From positions 70,892 through 134,891 of the forward strand of contig JAUQWQ010000158.1 in NCBI GenBank assembly GCA_030835085.1: 64,000 nt of DNA, read 5' to 3'. Below are positions 8,808-20,448 of this stretch, one piece after another. How positions within the stretch are numbered: position 1 is the first letter of the stretch; each line of letters opens with the position of its first letter. The notes under the pieces are model-generated. The model did no database searches, was not told the origin of the DNA, and was given only the letters and a program-made list of their open reading frames with translations. A program made the translations under genes and the position numbers. This stretch comes from Ignavibacteria bacterium (GTDB lineage: Bacteria; Bacteroidota; Ignavibacteria; Tepidaquicellales; OLB5).

Positions 8808-10355
8808 TCAGGAGTAAACAAACCTCGTTTGATAATTACTTCCCCGGAAATTAATTTTATAATTAGTGCCGTTTGAGGGTAAAAGTTCAATAGTGCCTTC
8901 AAGCTGGTTTACCAGCATTTCGATAAGATGCATCCCGAAACTTACGACATGTCCGTTTACAATATTCATCGGGATACCTATACCGTCATCAAAATAATTC
9001 AGCTCATATTCTTCGTTACCGGTGCTTTTTAAATTGATCTCAATTTTACCATTTTTTCTTCCCCTGAATCCATGTTTCAGCGAATTTGTTGTTATCTCAT
9101 TTACCAGCAGTCCGAATGGAACAGCAGTTTCTATTGAAAAATTAATGTCCTTTGCGTTTACTGATATTTTAACATGATCTTTTTGTTCGCTGTAGCTTGA
9201 AAGCAGCTGACTTGAAAGCCCGAGTAGATAATCTTCCATATTTATTTTTGTAAGATCGGTAGACCTGTATAGGTGCTGGTGAATAAGCGCCATAGACCTT
9301 ACCCTGTTTTGACTGATGGTTAACTGGTTTTTCAGTTTAACATCATCAACAGCTGTTGACTGTAGATTTAGCAGGCTGATAACCAGCTGAAGATTATTCT
9401 TAACCCTGTGGTGAATCTCTTTGAGCATAATTTCTTTTTCTTTCAGACTATGCTCCAGTCTTTCAGCTATATTCTTTTCAACGGTAATATCATCTTTTAT
9501 AGCAATAAAATTCGTGATAAAATCATTATCATCTACAACTGGTGTTATTTTGATACGCTCCCAATAAAGCTCACCTGACTTTTTCCTGTTTTTAATTTCA
9601 CCCTGCCAGACCTTTCCTGTCAATATTGTGGTCCAAAGGTCTTTGTATTGCTCACCTGAAGTAGCACCGGATTTTAACAGACTGGGGTCTCCGCCGATTG
9701 CTTCATCCCTGCTATACCCAGTAAGATCAGCAAACTTTTTATTAACGTATTCAATCCTGCCGTTAATATCTGTTATAACTATTGTATTCGAAGACTGCTC
9801 AACAGCGGCTGTCAGACGTTTTAAATTTCTTTCAGATTCTATCCTGGAGGTCATATCCCTTGATATAATTACAAGGTTTTTTATGCCTTCATTTTTATAT
9901 TTTGCTCCGGCTGATTCAAGATAAATATAACTGCCGTCTGCTTTCCTGAAACGATATGTACTGATAATTGATTTACCCGGAGATTTAAGACCGTTAATAA
10001 AATCGTTATAAACACGGTTCAGGTCATCTTTATGAATAAATTCAAAAGCATTTTTCCCAACCAGTTCATCATTTGTATAACCCAATAAATCCACTATTGA
10101 ATTGCTCTCATACAAAATTGTTCCGTCAGGAGTAAGCACCGTAATTATATCTGTTGAAAGATTAATAAGAGATTTCAGAACTTCATCGGTAACCGGATTA
10201 AAATTTCCATCGATGAACCGGGGATTTTCATTTGAATAATTTTCAACACTCTCAGCTGCATCTTTTAGAACAGAGCTTTCGTATGATGAGTTTTCATCAA
10301 GGTAAATTATTTTATTTAGCGCTTGCTGCATCAGCTTTTTCTTTTGATCTTTCAT
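8808..10355 (-). CDS. Cytoplasmic PAS-PAS sensor histidine kinase, HisKA_2 type
   Basis: Two PAS/PAC domains; [12 protein letters not shown]-box; NEITTNSLKHGF; DDGIG. Confidence 0.9.
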   Translation of the reverse strand: MKDQKKKLMQQALNKIIYLDENSSYESSVLKDAAESVENYSNENPRFIDGNFNPVTDEVLKSLINLSTDIITVLTPDGTILYESNSIVDLLGYTNDELVGKNAFEFIHKDDLNRVYNDFINGLKSPGKSIISTYRFRKADGSYIYLESAGAKYKNEGIKNLVIISRDMTSRIESERNLKRLTAAVEQSSNTIVITDINGRIEYVNKKFADLTGYSRDEAIGGDPSLLKSGATSGEQYKDLWTTILTGKVWQGEIKNRKKSGELYWERIKITPVVDDNDFITNFIAIKDDITVEKNIAERLEHSLKEKEIMLKEIHHRVKNNLQLVISLLNLQSTAVDDVKLKNQLTISQNRVRSMALIHQHLYRSTDLTKINMEDYLLGLSSQLLSSYSEQKDHVKISVNAKDINFSIETAVPFGLLVNEITTNSLKHGFRGRKNGKIEINLKSTGNEEYELNYFDDGIGIPMNIVNGHVVSFGMHLIEMLVNQLEGTIELLPSNGTNYKINFRGSNYQTRFVYS

Positions 10356-10704
10356 TTAATACGTCGTACACTTTCTCAAACTCCATTGCTTTATCGAAAA
10401 AATGCTTTGCACCCAGATTTTTGCATTTATCCCTGTAGTATTGGTAGTTTAGATTGGAAAGTACAATTACATAGGGCTTGAAATCAAATTGGGCAATTTC
10501 TTCAAGCACTTTGATACCGTGACCGTATTTAAGTGAAATATCCAGGATAACATAATCCGGATGCAGTTCCTTTATGAGCTTCACGGCTGTATATCCATCT
10601 GAAGCCCGGCCTTCTATCCTGATATTTTCAAGAGGTTCCAGCAATTTAGTCAGTTTTTGAACAACCAGATCAGAATCTTCGACAATTAGCATGTTGTAAG
10701 GCAT
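10312..10704 (-). CDS. Single-domain response regulator
   Basis: LIVEDS, VILDISL, VIVLS, FFDK receiver motifs. Confidence 0.9.
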   Translation of the reverse strand: MPYNMLIVEDSDLVVQKLTKLLEPLENIRIEGRASDGYTAVKLIKELHPDYVILDISLKYGHGIKVLEEIAQFDFKPYVIVLSNLNYQYYRDKCKNLGAKHFFDKAMEFEKVYDVLNERSKEKADAASAK

Positions 10705-10822
10705 TTAATTATAAATTTCTTACAACAAATATATCTTAAAATGAGAGATATTAGTAAGAGCAGAAAAAATGAATTCAGTGTAGTTAATTATGTTACATTA
10801 TACTATTTCAAATTACTGTGTT

Positions 10823-11467
10823 TTAGTCAATTAAGTTATTATGCATAGCATACTGTGTTAGTTCAACATTAGAGTTCATACTGAGTTTTTCAAGTATCCT
10901 TGCCCGGTAGGTGTTTACAGTATGTACACTTATGGAAATTTCTGCGGCAATATCTGTGGCTTTTTTACCTGATGCGATCTTAATGAATACTTCGTATTCC
11001 CGGTCAGAAAGATGTTCATGAGGCAGTTTATCCATATCATCTGAAAGTATATCAGCCAGCTTTTCGGCAAGGGCTTTGCTTACGTACTTTCTTCCTGTTA
11101 GTACCGTGCGTATTGCTTTTACAAGTTCATCCGGAGCGCTTTCTTTGGTTAAATAGCCTGATGCACCTGCTTTTAAAGCCCGTATAGCAAAGCGGTCTTC
11201 AGGATGCATACTTAAGATCAGTATCCGGTACTTCTTTTTCATTACCTTAAGGTCTTTCAGAACATCAAGCCCGCTTTTACCGGGCATAGAAATATCCATT
11301 ATCACTACATCAGGATCAAGTTCCTTAATGATGTTTAAAGCTTCATTGGCATTCGAAGCTTCACCAACAATTTTCATGTCAATTTCATCCTGAATGGTTT
11401 TCTTGATCCCCTCCCGCAAAAATGCATGATCATCAGCTATAATGATCCTGATTATTTTTTCGTCCAT
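10823..11467 (-). CDS. NarL/FixJ-family DNA-binding response regulator
   Basis: IADDH...MDISMPGKSG receiver plus LSDREYEV...SVHTVNTYRARILEKL LuxR HTH. Confidence 0.95.
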   Translation of the reverse strand: MDEKIIRIIIADDHAFLREGIKKTIQDEIDMKIVGEASNANEALNIIKELDPDVVIMDISMPGKSGLDVLKDLKVMKKKYRILILSMHPEDRFAIRALKAGASGYLTKESAPDELVKAIRTVLTGRKYVSKALAEKLADILSDDMDKLPHEHLSDREYEVFIKIASGKKATDIAAEISISVHTVNTYRARILEKLSMNSNVELTQYAMHNNLID

Positions 11468-14400
11468 TATTGTTCTGCCGGAATAATTATTTTTAAAATT
11501 GTACCTTTATTTTTTTCACCTTCAATAGTCAGTTTACCTTTAACAGAATATACACGTTCCTTTATTCCAACCAAGCCTAAAGACTTTGCATGCTGAATTT
11601 CATCTTCTGTAATTCCACGCCCGTTATCTTCAATAGTAAGATAGATATTATTTCCGATTACTGAAAGACCAACTTTTGACCTTGCTGCACCTGAATGCCG
11701 GGCAACGTTAGTTAACGATTCCTGTATAATTCTGAAAATAGTATTTTCAAGCTGGTGGTTAAAATTAAGCTCATTTTTTGAAATTGAAACAATGCAGTCA
11801 ATTCCGGTTCTTTTGGTAAACTCCTCTGCCTGCCATTCAATAGCATCTTTTAGACCCAGCTTATCCAGAACATCGGGTCTTAATTCCCGTGCTATTCTTC
11901 TTACTGAATTGATCGTCTGGTCAGTAATATCAGACATAGATTTAAGTCCGTTTTGAAGATCATTCCAGTCCGGTTTGCCGCTTAACTTGATTTTTTCTAT
12001 CTGCCTTGAAAGAAATGCGATATCCATTTTTAAAGCAGTAAGCTCCTGTCCCAGCTGGTCATGTATTTCCCTTGAGATCATGGTTCTTTCTTCTTCCCTG
12101 ATAGTCTGTAAATGGGCAGCAAGCGCATGCAATCTTTGATTTGATTCCTTTAAACGCTCTTCAGCCATTATCTTATCAGTAATATCAGTTGCTATAACTG
12201 TAAGACCTTCAGAGGAATTATTTTTTAAATATGGTATTGCCTGTACAGAATAGAATTTACCCTGCTCTGATTCAGAGCTTCTGACCGTAAAACTTTCAGC
12301 CTGTTTATCTGTAAATACTCTCTCTAAAATTTCTACAACCCTGTTCTGTTCGTCATCATGTACCAGTTTCAAACAGCTTAAACCGATTATTTCAGTCCTA
12401 TCGTAATTATTATTAAACGACCTGTTTATACCGGTTACCAGATAATTGTTATCAATTGTAAATATAATACTTGGACTGTTTTCAAAAAGTGACCGCCATT
12501 TTTCTTCGCTTTCTTTCAGTTCATTTTCCATTTTACGCCTGAAAGAAATATCTATCATACTGCCAACCATCCTGTAAGGCTTGCCTGCTGTATTTTTAAG
12601 AATATATGCCCTGTCAAAAACATAGGCATAAGTGCCGTCTTTTTTAAGAAATGAATATTCATCAAACCAGAATTCATGGCCGGAATTAACGGCATTTTTA
12701 AGACCTTCAACAATTCTTTCCTTATCATCTTTGTGAATACGATCCTCCCATGAACCGATCTTTTCACCGATTTCATTATCATTATATCCAAAAAGATCTT
12801 TAAAACCATCATTCCACCAAACATTATCTGTAACCAGGTCCCAATCCCACAATGCGTCATTGGTAGCTTTTGTAATTAATTTGAAGCGTTCATTAGTTTC
12901 ATTTATTTCGCGCTCAGCCTTTTTTTGTCCGGTAAGATCCCTGAAAAAAACCTGGGCTCCTTTTTTACCGTCCTGGAAATAAGGAATGGCAGATACCATA
13001 ACTTCGACTTCTTCACCATTGGTTTTCAAAAATTTTTCTTCCATTTCAGCGGCCGGTATACCAAGTGCTATTTGTTCCTGCCTTTTCTGTACAACCGTCT
13101 TATAATCAGGATGGATCAGCTCGTAAATATTCCTTCCGGTTATACCTTTATACGAATCAGCTCCCAGAATTTTAAAACCTTCTGGATTAATATATGTAAT
13201 ATTGTTATCCAGATGCACAAAGATCCCGATCGGGGCTTTTTCTACGATATTCTTATATCGCTTCTCAATAAGATGCCTTTCATTTTCAAGCTCGATATAT
13301 TCCAAAGCAAATGATATGTCTTCTGATAATTCAAGCAATAATTCAGTTTCTGTTTTGCCGAAGAAGTTCTTTTTATCAGAATAAATATTATATACTGCAA
13401 CAACATTGTTCCTTACTTCAATAGGGAAAGTTGCAAAAGATCTGAAACCTTTTAAAAGAGTTTCAGCTTTCCATTTCATCAGTAATGGGTCATTTTCCAC
13501 ATCATTGCTTACATAATATATATTCTCTTTAAAAGCCCTTACGATCGGTCCCCTTATATTATCCGGCTCATAAATAGAAATATCCAGCTTTTCAGTATAA
13601 TTTTCAGAATTACCGAATTGGTACGCTGAATAAATTTTACCGGTTTCTTTTTCCGCTAGTCCTATCCAAGCAAGACGGAACATTCCAAATTCTACGGCAA
13701 GGCGGCATGCATCTTTCAATATCTGTTCTTTATTATTAGCTCTCAATATAAGCTGATTCATGTTTGTCATCAGCGAATAGATCCGGTTGTGATACTTTAT
13801 TCTCTCACCAGATTCAAATCTTTCAGTTATATCAAGTGATGTCCCGAACATACCGGTTAATTTACCTGATGAATCTTTATTAATAATACAGTTTGTGAGA
13901 AGGTATTTTTCCTTTCCGGCAGAATCAGTTATCCTGCTTTCATATTGCAAAAATTCATTTCCCTGTTTAATTGCTTCCCTGATAGCTTTTACATCAATTT
14001 CAATTTGTTCATTTGTCGCAAAATCGGTAAATTTTTTCCCTATCATATCCTCGGGCGCTAAGCCGTATATTTCTCTGGAAGCATTGTTTACAAATGATAT
14101 AATATTTTTTTCATCAGTAGCCCAGATAAGTTCATGGGAAGCTTCGACTAAGGTCCGGTATTTGCTTTCGCTGCTGATAAGCTTCTTTTCAATAATCTTC
14201 CTTGAAGATAGATCGTGAATAATATGTATAAATTCTACATTATTATTTCTGACTACAGCCCTTGTACTTATTTCAACCGGTATAATTTCACCGTTTTTCT
14301 TCCTGTGATTTATCTCAAATTCTGTCCCGGTATTATTTATAACATCATTCATTTGCTTCCGTATAAAGTCAATATCATTATATTCATGAATATCTTTAAT

Positions 14401-14769
14401 GGACAGTTTCATGAACTCACCCTGCGAATAACCATATAATGCACATGCTTTGGTATTTGCTTCTATTATTCTGTAATCTTTATCCAGAATTAAAATAGGA
14501 TCATTTGCGCTGTTAAATATATTTTTCCATTTAGCTTCAGATTCAGAAATATCCGTTTCAAGTTTTTCTCTCAGTCTTTCACGTCTTTTTATAACAAAAT
14601 ACAACAGCAAAGATGTTGAAAGAATAAAGAAGATTCCTTTGTAAAATTCAAACCTGAGGCTTAATTCAGCACCTTTCGTAATATACCTGACAACTTCACC
14701 TGAAACCGTAATCCATAAAATACCGAACACAAGATAGACTAAAGTAACAAAAAGAGCAGAAGATCTCAT
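11467..14769 (-). CDS. Membrane multi-PAS/GAF sensor histidine kinase, HisKA_3 type
   Basis: Two N-terminal TM helices, about five PAS domains and a GAF; REEERTMISREIHDQLGQ; FRIIQESLTNVARHS; EDNGRG; ATG at 14769, alternative TTG at 14793. Confidence 0.92.
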   Translation of the reverse strand: MRSSALFVTLVYLVFGILWITVSGEVVRYITKGAELSLRFEFYKGIFFILSTSLLLYFVIKRRERLREKLETDISESEAKWKNIFNSANDPILILDKDYRIIEANTKACALYGYSQGEFMKLSIKDIHEYNDIDFIRKQMNDVINNTGTEFEINHRKKNGEIIPVEISTRAVVRNNNVEFIHIIHDLSSRKIIEKKLISSESKYRTLVEASHELIWATDEKNIISFVNNASREIYGLAPEDMIGKKFTDFATNEQIEIDVKAIREAIKQGNEFLQYESRITDSAGKEKYLLTNCIINKDSSGKLTGMFGTSLDITERFESGERIKYHNRIYSLMTNMNQLILRANNKEQILKDACRLAVEFGMFRLAWIGLAEKETGKIYSAYQFGNSENYTEKLDISIYEPDNIRGPIVRAFKENIYYVSNDVENDPLLMKWKAETLLKGFRSFATFPIEVRNNVVAVYNIYSDKKNFFGKTETELLLELSEDISFALEYIELENERHLIEKRYKNIVEKAPIGIFVHLDNNITYINPEGFKILGADSYKGITGRNIYELIHPDYKTVVQKRQEQIALGIPAAEMEEKFLKTNGEEVEVMVSAIPYFQDGKKGAQVFFRDLTGQKKAEREINETNERFKLITKATNDALWDWDLVTDNVWWNDGFKDLFGYNDNEIGEKIGSWEDRIHKDDKERIVEGLKNAVNSGHEFWFDEYSFLKKDGTYAYVFDRAYILKNTAGKPYRMVGSMIDISFRRKMENELKESEEKWRSLFENSPSIIFTIDNNYLVTGINRSFNNNYDRTEIIGLSCLKLVHDDEQNRVVEILERVFTDKQAESFTVRSSESEQGKFYSVQAIPYLKNNSSEGLTVIATDITDKIMAEERLKESNQRLHALAAHLQTIREEERTMISREIHDQLGQELTALKMDIAFLSRQIEKIKLSGKPDWNDLQNGLKSMSDITDQTINSVRRIARELRPDVLDKLGLKDAIEWQAEEFTKRTGIDCIVSISKNELNFNHQLENTIFRIIQESLTNVARHSGAARSKVGLSVIGNNIYLTIEDNGRGITEDEIQHAKSLGLVGIKERVYSVKGKLTIEGEKNKGTILKIIIPAEQ

Positions 14770-15065
14770 TTTATTTTGTTTTGCAGGATTCAAATAATTA
14801 GTTTAAAACAAAATTTAAAAAATCAGTTAGATAAATAAATTTAAAAAGTGGGGTAACATTAAAATTATACTTATTTGCAGGGAATATTGTAGTTTTTTTT
14901 GCCTGAGTTAAACAATCCTGCAAAATATTTAATTATAATATAAATAATAATTTAATCATAAAATATGCTATACAGGGAAAGCGTGAGAATAATTACGGCA
15001 ATAAAATCCTTTAAATTGTAAAAATTTCCTTATTTCCTTAAATTATGACTATGCTATATAAAAAA

Positions 15066-16355
15066 TCAGGAATTCATTAAATCCTCTATTTCATCAGCTT
15101 CTGACGGAACACCGGCCATAAAATCAACATTTCCTTTTTTAGTTATCAGAATATCGTTTTCAATTCTGATACCAAGTTTTTCCTCCCTGATATAAATACC
15201 GGGCTCACAGGTTAAAACCATTCCCGGCTTAACAGGTACATCAAACTCACCGACATCATGTACACCAAGACCAAGAAAATGTGAAACATCATGCGGGTAA
15301 TATTTCTTAAATTCAGCAGATTTTATTTTAATATCTTTAACATCACCCGTTTTTACAAGTTTAAGATCTAGCAGTTCTTTGGCTATCAGCTCTCTTGTGA
15401 CCATAATAATATCTCTTACAGATTTACCGGGTTTCATTTCCTTTATAGTGCCTTTCATAGCACGAAGTACCCCGTTATATACTTCTTTTTGCCGTTTGGT
15501 AAATTTGCCGTTTACAGGGATAGATCTTGTCATATCTGCATTATAATTTGCCCACCCAGCTGCAACATCAAGAAGCAATACATCACCGGAATTACAGGGA
15601 TCATCATTCTTTACATAATGCAAAAAGCAGGCATTTTCTCCGGATGCAATAATAGGTTCATAATCGGCAAAGCTTGCTCCTTGTTTAATATATTCATGTG
15701 CGAGCTCAGCTTCAACTTCATACTCCATAACACCGGGTTTCACAAATTTAAGCAGTCTTCTGAATCCATCGCCTGTAATATTGCAGGCATTTTGCAGCAA
15801 TTCAATTTCCGTATCAGATTTTATTACCCTTAAACTGTAAATCAGAGGTGATATCCTGTGATATGAATGAAGTGGGTAATATTTTTTACAATGATTAATG
15901 AACCTGATATCCCGGCTTTCTACAATATTTTTAGACCTGTCATGGTCATTGGTATTCATGTAAATATTATCAGTGCTGCACATCAGGTCATGCAATGCAT
16001 CTTCAAATCTTGAAAGTTCAAATACAGTTTTAATTCCGGAAATTTCAGAAGCATGCTGAACAGAAAGCTTTTTGCCTTCCCATACTTCAAGGTCAGGATT
16101 GTAATCTCTGATAAACAGAATTTCTTTGTGTTCTTTTGTTTTACTCCCGGGGTTAAGGATCAAAATTGTTTCTTCCTGCATTATACCGGTTAGATAGAAC
16201 AGATCACTGTTTTGAATAAATTTAACGGTGCCATCTGCATTAGAAGGCAGTATATCATTAGAATTAATAATTGCTGCAGAATCCTTCATCATTAATGAAG
16301 AAAGTTTTTTACGGTTTTCTGTGAAAAAAGAGCTATTTATTGATATTTTTTTCAT
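15066..16355 (-). CDS. pepP: Xaa-Pro aminopeptidase (M24B)
   Basis: FIQNSDLFYLTG, LHY, LLDVAA..YNADMTRS, HDVSHFLGLGVHD, TCEPGIY, GIRIENDILIT. Confidence 0.88.
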   Translation of the reverse strand: MKKISINSSFFTENRKKLSSLMMKDSAAIINSNDILPSNADGTVKFIQNSDLFYLTGIMQEETILILNPGSKTKEHKEILFIRDYNPDLEVWEGKKLSVQHASEISGIKTVFELSRFEDALHDLMCSTDNIYMNTNDHDRSKNIVESRDIRFINHCKKYYPLHSYHRISPLIYSLRVIKSDTEIELLQNACNITGDGFRRLLKFVKPGVMEYEVEAELAHEYIKQGASFADYEPIIASGENACFLHYVKNDDPCNSGDVLLLDVAAGWANYNADMTRSIPVNGKFTKRQKEVYNGVLRAMKGTIKEMKPGKSVRDIIMVTRELIAKELLDLKLVKTGDVKDIKIKSAEFKKYYPHDVSHFLGLGVHDVGEFDVPVKPGMVLTCEPGIYIREEKLGIRIENDILITKKGNVDFMAGVPSEADEIEDLMNS

Positions 16356-16447
16356 AATTGCCTGCTTAGGGTCTCCCAAAAAATACTAAATTTATAAGTT
16401 AAATTATTAAATTTATGCAATATATTAAGAATATACTTAAATATTAA

Positions 16448-19400
16448 TTAAGAATTTCGTTCTTTATAATCTGCGCTTCTGAAATGTATCCTGAATTCAG
16501 AACCACCTGAAGTTACTATTTCAATTATCCCGCCAAGCTGTTTTACAAGTGTATGTACCAGTTTAAGACCAAAAGAGCCGGAGTTTTCTATATCTGGTTT
16601 AACTTTCATCCCGATACCGTCATCTCTTATCAGCAGCCAGTATTCTTTGTTATATTCATCATATGCTGCGTTAATATATACATTTCCCTTTCTGCTCTCC
16701 GGAAAAGCATGTTTCAGAGAATTGGATACAAGTTCATTAACTATTAATCCGGCAGGAATTGCATTATCAATAGACATGATCATATTCCTGACATCGGTAT
16801 GGATCTTTACCCTGTCTTCAAGTATTCCATATGAATGCTGAAGGTGTGTTGTTACAGTTTCAATATAATCTTTAAAATCGATATGAGCCAGGTCCCTTGT
16901 CTGATATAATTTCTGATGTATCAGAGACATTGACTGTACTCTGTTCTGGCTTTCCCTGAAAAGCTGTTTGATCTTCTCGTCATGTACATATCCAGCCTGC
17001 AGCTTAAGAAGACTGGTAACGATCTGCAGATTATTTTTTACCCTGTGATGAATTTCTTTGAGAAGTATATCTTTTTCGATCAATGAACGCTTAAGCGCTT
17101 CTTCAGACCTTTTCTTTTCTGTAATATCTCTCTGAACTCCCCAGATGTTAGTTAAAAAACCGCTTTCTACCACACCTGAAATATTTACAATAAAGAATTT
17201 TTCCCTGCCCGATTCATCATACTCAACAGTTTCATCTTCTATAACACTGTATTCCTGCGTAACGAATTTTAGAATTCTGGAATTATAATCAGGGTTCTGA
17301 AATTTTAATTTCGTAACATTTTTGCCTATAATTTTTTCAGGTCTGTCTTCATCATACATTCTTGCAAATACATTATTGCATTCAGCAATATAAACGTTTT
17401 TCCGGATCAGCTGGACCTGCTCATCTGCAGCCAGATCAATTGATACTGGTTTCTTGAATTCCAGCCTGAAGATTCCTTCGGAACTGTGCTCAACAAAATT
17501 CCTGTACTTTTCTTCGCTTAACCTGATTTTCTCCTGGTTCCTTATACTTTCGGTAATATCAGTAGCTATTCCTAATACAGCTTTTTTACCATTATACTGA
17601 ATGACCCTGGCGCTGTAATTAAGCCATTTAGTTTCTTTATTTTTTGTGATTATCTTCATTTCATAATTATCAGGTACATTTTCACCTTTTTGGCGTTTTT
17701 CACCCCGGGTTTTAACAGTATCCCTGAAATCTTCATGTAATAAATCCCAAAAATTCATCTTTAAGATCTCCTGAGTATTATATCCGGTAATAATTTCTGA
17801 ATAAGGGTTAGCATAAACAAACTTGTCATCCTGAAATATTACTACCTGTGCCGGCATCGATTCTGCAACAGCCCGGAATTTCTCTTCACTTAGCTTTAAA
17901 ATTTCTTCAGAATACTTACGGTCCGTCATATCACGCTGAATGCCGATATAACCTGTAAAATTCTTTTTACTGTCATAAAGGCAGTAGTAATCACCTTCTA
18001 TGAAAATACTGCTTCCATCTGCTTTTGTGAAATATTCCTTTACATGAGAAGAACCTTCATCAAGAAATGACTTCCATCTTTTCCTGCCGTCAGCTCCTTT
18101 TTTACTATAATAACCATAAACTTCTGCTTTCATAACTTCATCAGCAGCAAAGCCAAACTGCATAGCAAAAGGTTCATTTGCCCTGATAATTTTTATATTC
18201 TTAATAATGCTTTCAAGCTGTTTATCATTACTTTTGCCTTTATCCCATTTAACCGGTACATCCAATTTGGCAATAAAAATACCGTCGGTTGACTGCATGA
18301 AGAAAGCATCGAGATATTGTTTCGATTCTATTAGAATCTCTTCATACTCTTTTTGTTTGTTAATATTCAGGTATATCTGGTTCACTGCTTCAATCGTACC
18401 GTCAGGCAAGTGATCAGCATAATGATAACTATCTAACCAGATCATCTCATTGTCCTTGTTCTTTATCCTGTACACAAGGTTTTTGATATCCTTACAGCCG
18501 TTTTTGATCCAGCCGGTATATTTTTTTATTACATCAACCCTGTCTTCAGGATGTATCATATTGAAGTATTCTTCATTGGAAAGGGCATTGAATTCTTCAA
18601 GTGAGTAACCGGATTGACGTACAAATTCATCGTTGACAAATTCATACAGATTGGTTTTAATCAATAACCTGGTAATCGCAAACGGAGAGTTTTTGATCAG
18701 GTTCCTGTATTTATTCTCGCTACCCAGCAGAGCCCGCTGATAATCGGTACCAGAAGTAATGTTAATAAAAACTGCAAGAACTTCCGAGGCCGAATATTTG
18801 TAAAATTTGGTTTCATACCTGAATTTATTTTCATTTACCTTAATAATATGCTCAAACGAATTTTCATTACCGGTATTAAGCGTATCTTCGATCAGAAGTG
18901 AAAACTTGTTCCCGGTTCTGCCGGGAAAAACCTTGCGAATATCTGAATTAACAAAATGAACAGCAGGAAATTTTTCATCAACAGCTATGCTGTTTACGGC
19001 TGAAATAATACCATTGCTGCTTATAATAAATGCGGTATTTTCAAGTGAGTTGAAAAGAACGTCATTATTTTTTTTGGATACTGATAATTGCTCCTCGATC
19101 TCTTTAAAGTTTTTTTCTGATTCATGCCTGTATAAAGCCATCCTGATACATGAATTAAGATCACGATCATTGAGTGGCTTTAGTAAAAAGCCGTAAGGAT
19201 TTGTAGTTTTGCTTCTTTCGATTGTTTCATCATCATAATGTGCGGTTAAATATACCACAGGAATTTTATTCTGAATATTCAGAAGTCTTGCGGTTTCTAT
19301 GCCGTCAAGCTCTCCTTTTAACGAAATATCCATTAAGACAATATCCGGGTTTGCCTGATTAATGACCTTTAATGCTTCTTCTCCGCGGTCATTTATACCA

Positions 19401-19492
19401 ACAATTTCATAGTTCAGCTTCTCAAGAGTTTTCTTGATATCCAGCGCTGTAATGGATTCATCTTCAATTATAAAAACTCTTGCTATAGGCAT
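16448..19492 (-). CDS. Hybrid REC-multiPAS-HisKA_2 histidine kinase
   Basis: N-terminal receiver (IIEDE, VLMDISL, GFLLKP), several PAS domains, [29 protein letters not shown]. Confidence 0.92.
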   Translation of the reverse strand: MPIARVFIIEDESITALDIKKTLEKLNYEIVGINDRGEEALKVINQANPDIVLMDISLKGELDGIETARLLNIQNKIPVVYLTAHYDDETIERSKTTNPYGFLLKPLNDRDLNSCIRMALYRHESEKNFKEIEEQLSVSKKNNDVLFNSLENTAFIISSNGIISAVNSIAVDEKFPAVHFVNSDIRKVFPGRTGNKFSLLIEDTLNTGNENSFEHIIKVNENKFRYETKFYKYSASEVLAVFINITSGTDYQRALLGSENKYRNLIKNSPFAITRLLIKTNLYEFVNDEFVRQSGYSLEEFNALSNEEYFNMIHPEDRVDVIKKYTGWIKNGCKDIKNLVYRIKNKDNEMIWLDSYHYADHLPDGTIEAVNQIYLNINKQKEYEEILIESKQYLDAFFMQSTDGIFIAKLDVPVKWDKGKSNDKQLESIIKNIKIIRANEPFAMQFGFAADEVMKAEVYGYYSKKGADGRKRWKSFLDEGSSHVKEYFTKADGSSIFIEGDYYCLYDSKKNFTGYIGIQRDMTDRKYSEEILKLSEEKFRAVAESMPAQVVIFQDDKFVYANPYSEIITGYNTQEILKMNFWDLLHEDFRDTVKTRGEKRQKGENVPDNYEMKIITKNKETKWLNYSARVIQYNGKKAVLGIATDITESIRNQEKIRLSEEKYRNFVEHSSEGIFRLEFKKPVSIDLAADEQVQLIRKNVYIAECNNVFARMYDEDRPEKIIGKNVTKLKFQNPDYNSRILKFVTQEYSVIEDETVEYDESGREKFFIVNISGVVESGFLTNIWGVQRDITEKKRSEEALKRSLIEKDILLKEIHHRVKNNLQIVTSLLKLQAGYVHDEKIKQLFRESQNRVQSMSLIHQKLYQTRDLAHIDFKDYIETVTTHLQHSYGILEDRVKIHTDVRNMIMSIDNAIPAGLIVNELVSNSLKHAFPESRKGNVYINAAYDEYNKEYWLLIRDDGIGMKVKPDIENSGSFGLKLVHTLVKQLGGIIEIVTSGGSEFRIHFRSADYKERNS

Positions 19493-19669
19493 AGTTTAAA
19501 ATAAACAGGAAAGTTTAAAAAGCCGGGAATTGAATATAATTATAATAGTGCTTTTTAGTTCTATCTAATAAATACGTTTGGATAGCAAAATTAACTACAT
19601 TTTTATTTAAAAAAAGCCGATTTATTTGTATTTTCAGCTATTGCAGTATAAAAATGCCATTTTTAATAC

Positions 19670-19696
19670 AAAAACCCGTCAAATTGACGGGTTTTT
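19670..19696 (-). terminator. Rho-independent terminator after tRNA-Thr
   Basis: AAAAACCCGTCAA-A-TTGACGGGTTTTT. Confidence 0.85.
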
Positions 19697-19699
19697 ATT

Positions 19700-19774
19700 T
19701 GGAGCTGGCGAAGGGAGTTGAACCCCCGACCTGCGCATTACAAGTGCGCTGCTCTACCACTGAGCTACGCCAGC
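19700..19774 (-). tRNA. tRNA-Thr(TGT)
   Basis: GCTGGCG acceptor, TAGCTCAGTGGTAGAGC D arm, GCGCA-CTTGTAA-TGCGC anticodon arm, GGTTCAACTCC, encoded CCA. Confidence 0.96.
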
Positions 19775-19842
19775 ATTTTAATACTATTCAAAACAGATTA
19801 CAAACATAAAAATTTAATCAAACACCTTCAATACTGAAAATA

Positions 19843-20439
19843 TTACATAGTATTTTCAAGTTCTAGGAACTTTACAAGGCTTTTAAGCGCTTTTCCACGG
19901 TGCGAAATTTCGTTTTTTATATCGTTGCCAAGTTCAGCAAAGGTCTTTGTATAACCAACCGGCATAAATAACGGGTCATATCCAAAACCCCGGTTCCCCC
20001 TAGGTTGAAAAATTATAATACCTTCACATTCACCTTCAAATACTCTGTTATTCAATCCATCATGCATAACAATAACACATTTAAATCTTGCGGTTCTTTT
20101 ATTTAATTCAGTTTCACCAAGTTCTGCAAGCAGCATTGTATTATTTTTTTCATCATTTGCACCAATACCGCTATACCTGGCTGAAAAAACGCCGGGTCTG
20201 CCTTCCAACAAGTCAACTTCCAGTCCGGAATCATCTGCTAAAACCGGTATTTTAATAATATCAAATACAGCTTTCGCTTTGATCTTTGCATTTTCTTCAA
20301 AAGTTGTGCCGGTTTCTTCAATTTCTGGTATACCCGGTGTATCAAGTAACGAAAATATTTCAAATCCCAATGGAGAAAGATAAGATTTTATCTCACTGAT
20401 CTTTCCTTTATTTTTTGAAGCAACAAATATTTTTTTCAT
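19843..20439 (-). CDS. rdgB: Non-canonical purine NTP pyrophosphatase (RdgB/HAM1)
   Basis: ASKNKGK, EETGTTFEENA, ADDSGL, PGVFSARY, GFGYDPLF, KNEISHRG. Confidence 0.95.
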   Translation of the reverse strand: MKKIFVASKNKGKISEIKSYLSPLGFEIFSLLDTPGIPEIEETGTTFEENAKIKAKAVFDIIKIPVLADDSGLEVDLLEGRPGVFSARYSGIGANDEKNNTMLLAELGETELNKRTARFKCVIVMHDGLNNRVFEGECEGIIIFQPRGNRGFGYDPLFMPVGYTKTFAELGNDIKNEISHRGKALKSLVKFLELENTM

Positions 20440-20448
20440 ATAGAAAAA

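Noticed and set aside
19700-19774. Genomic island integrated at tRNA-Thr
   Set aside because: No integrase and no duplicated 3' end found; a normal terminator follows the tRNA
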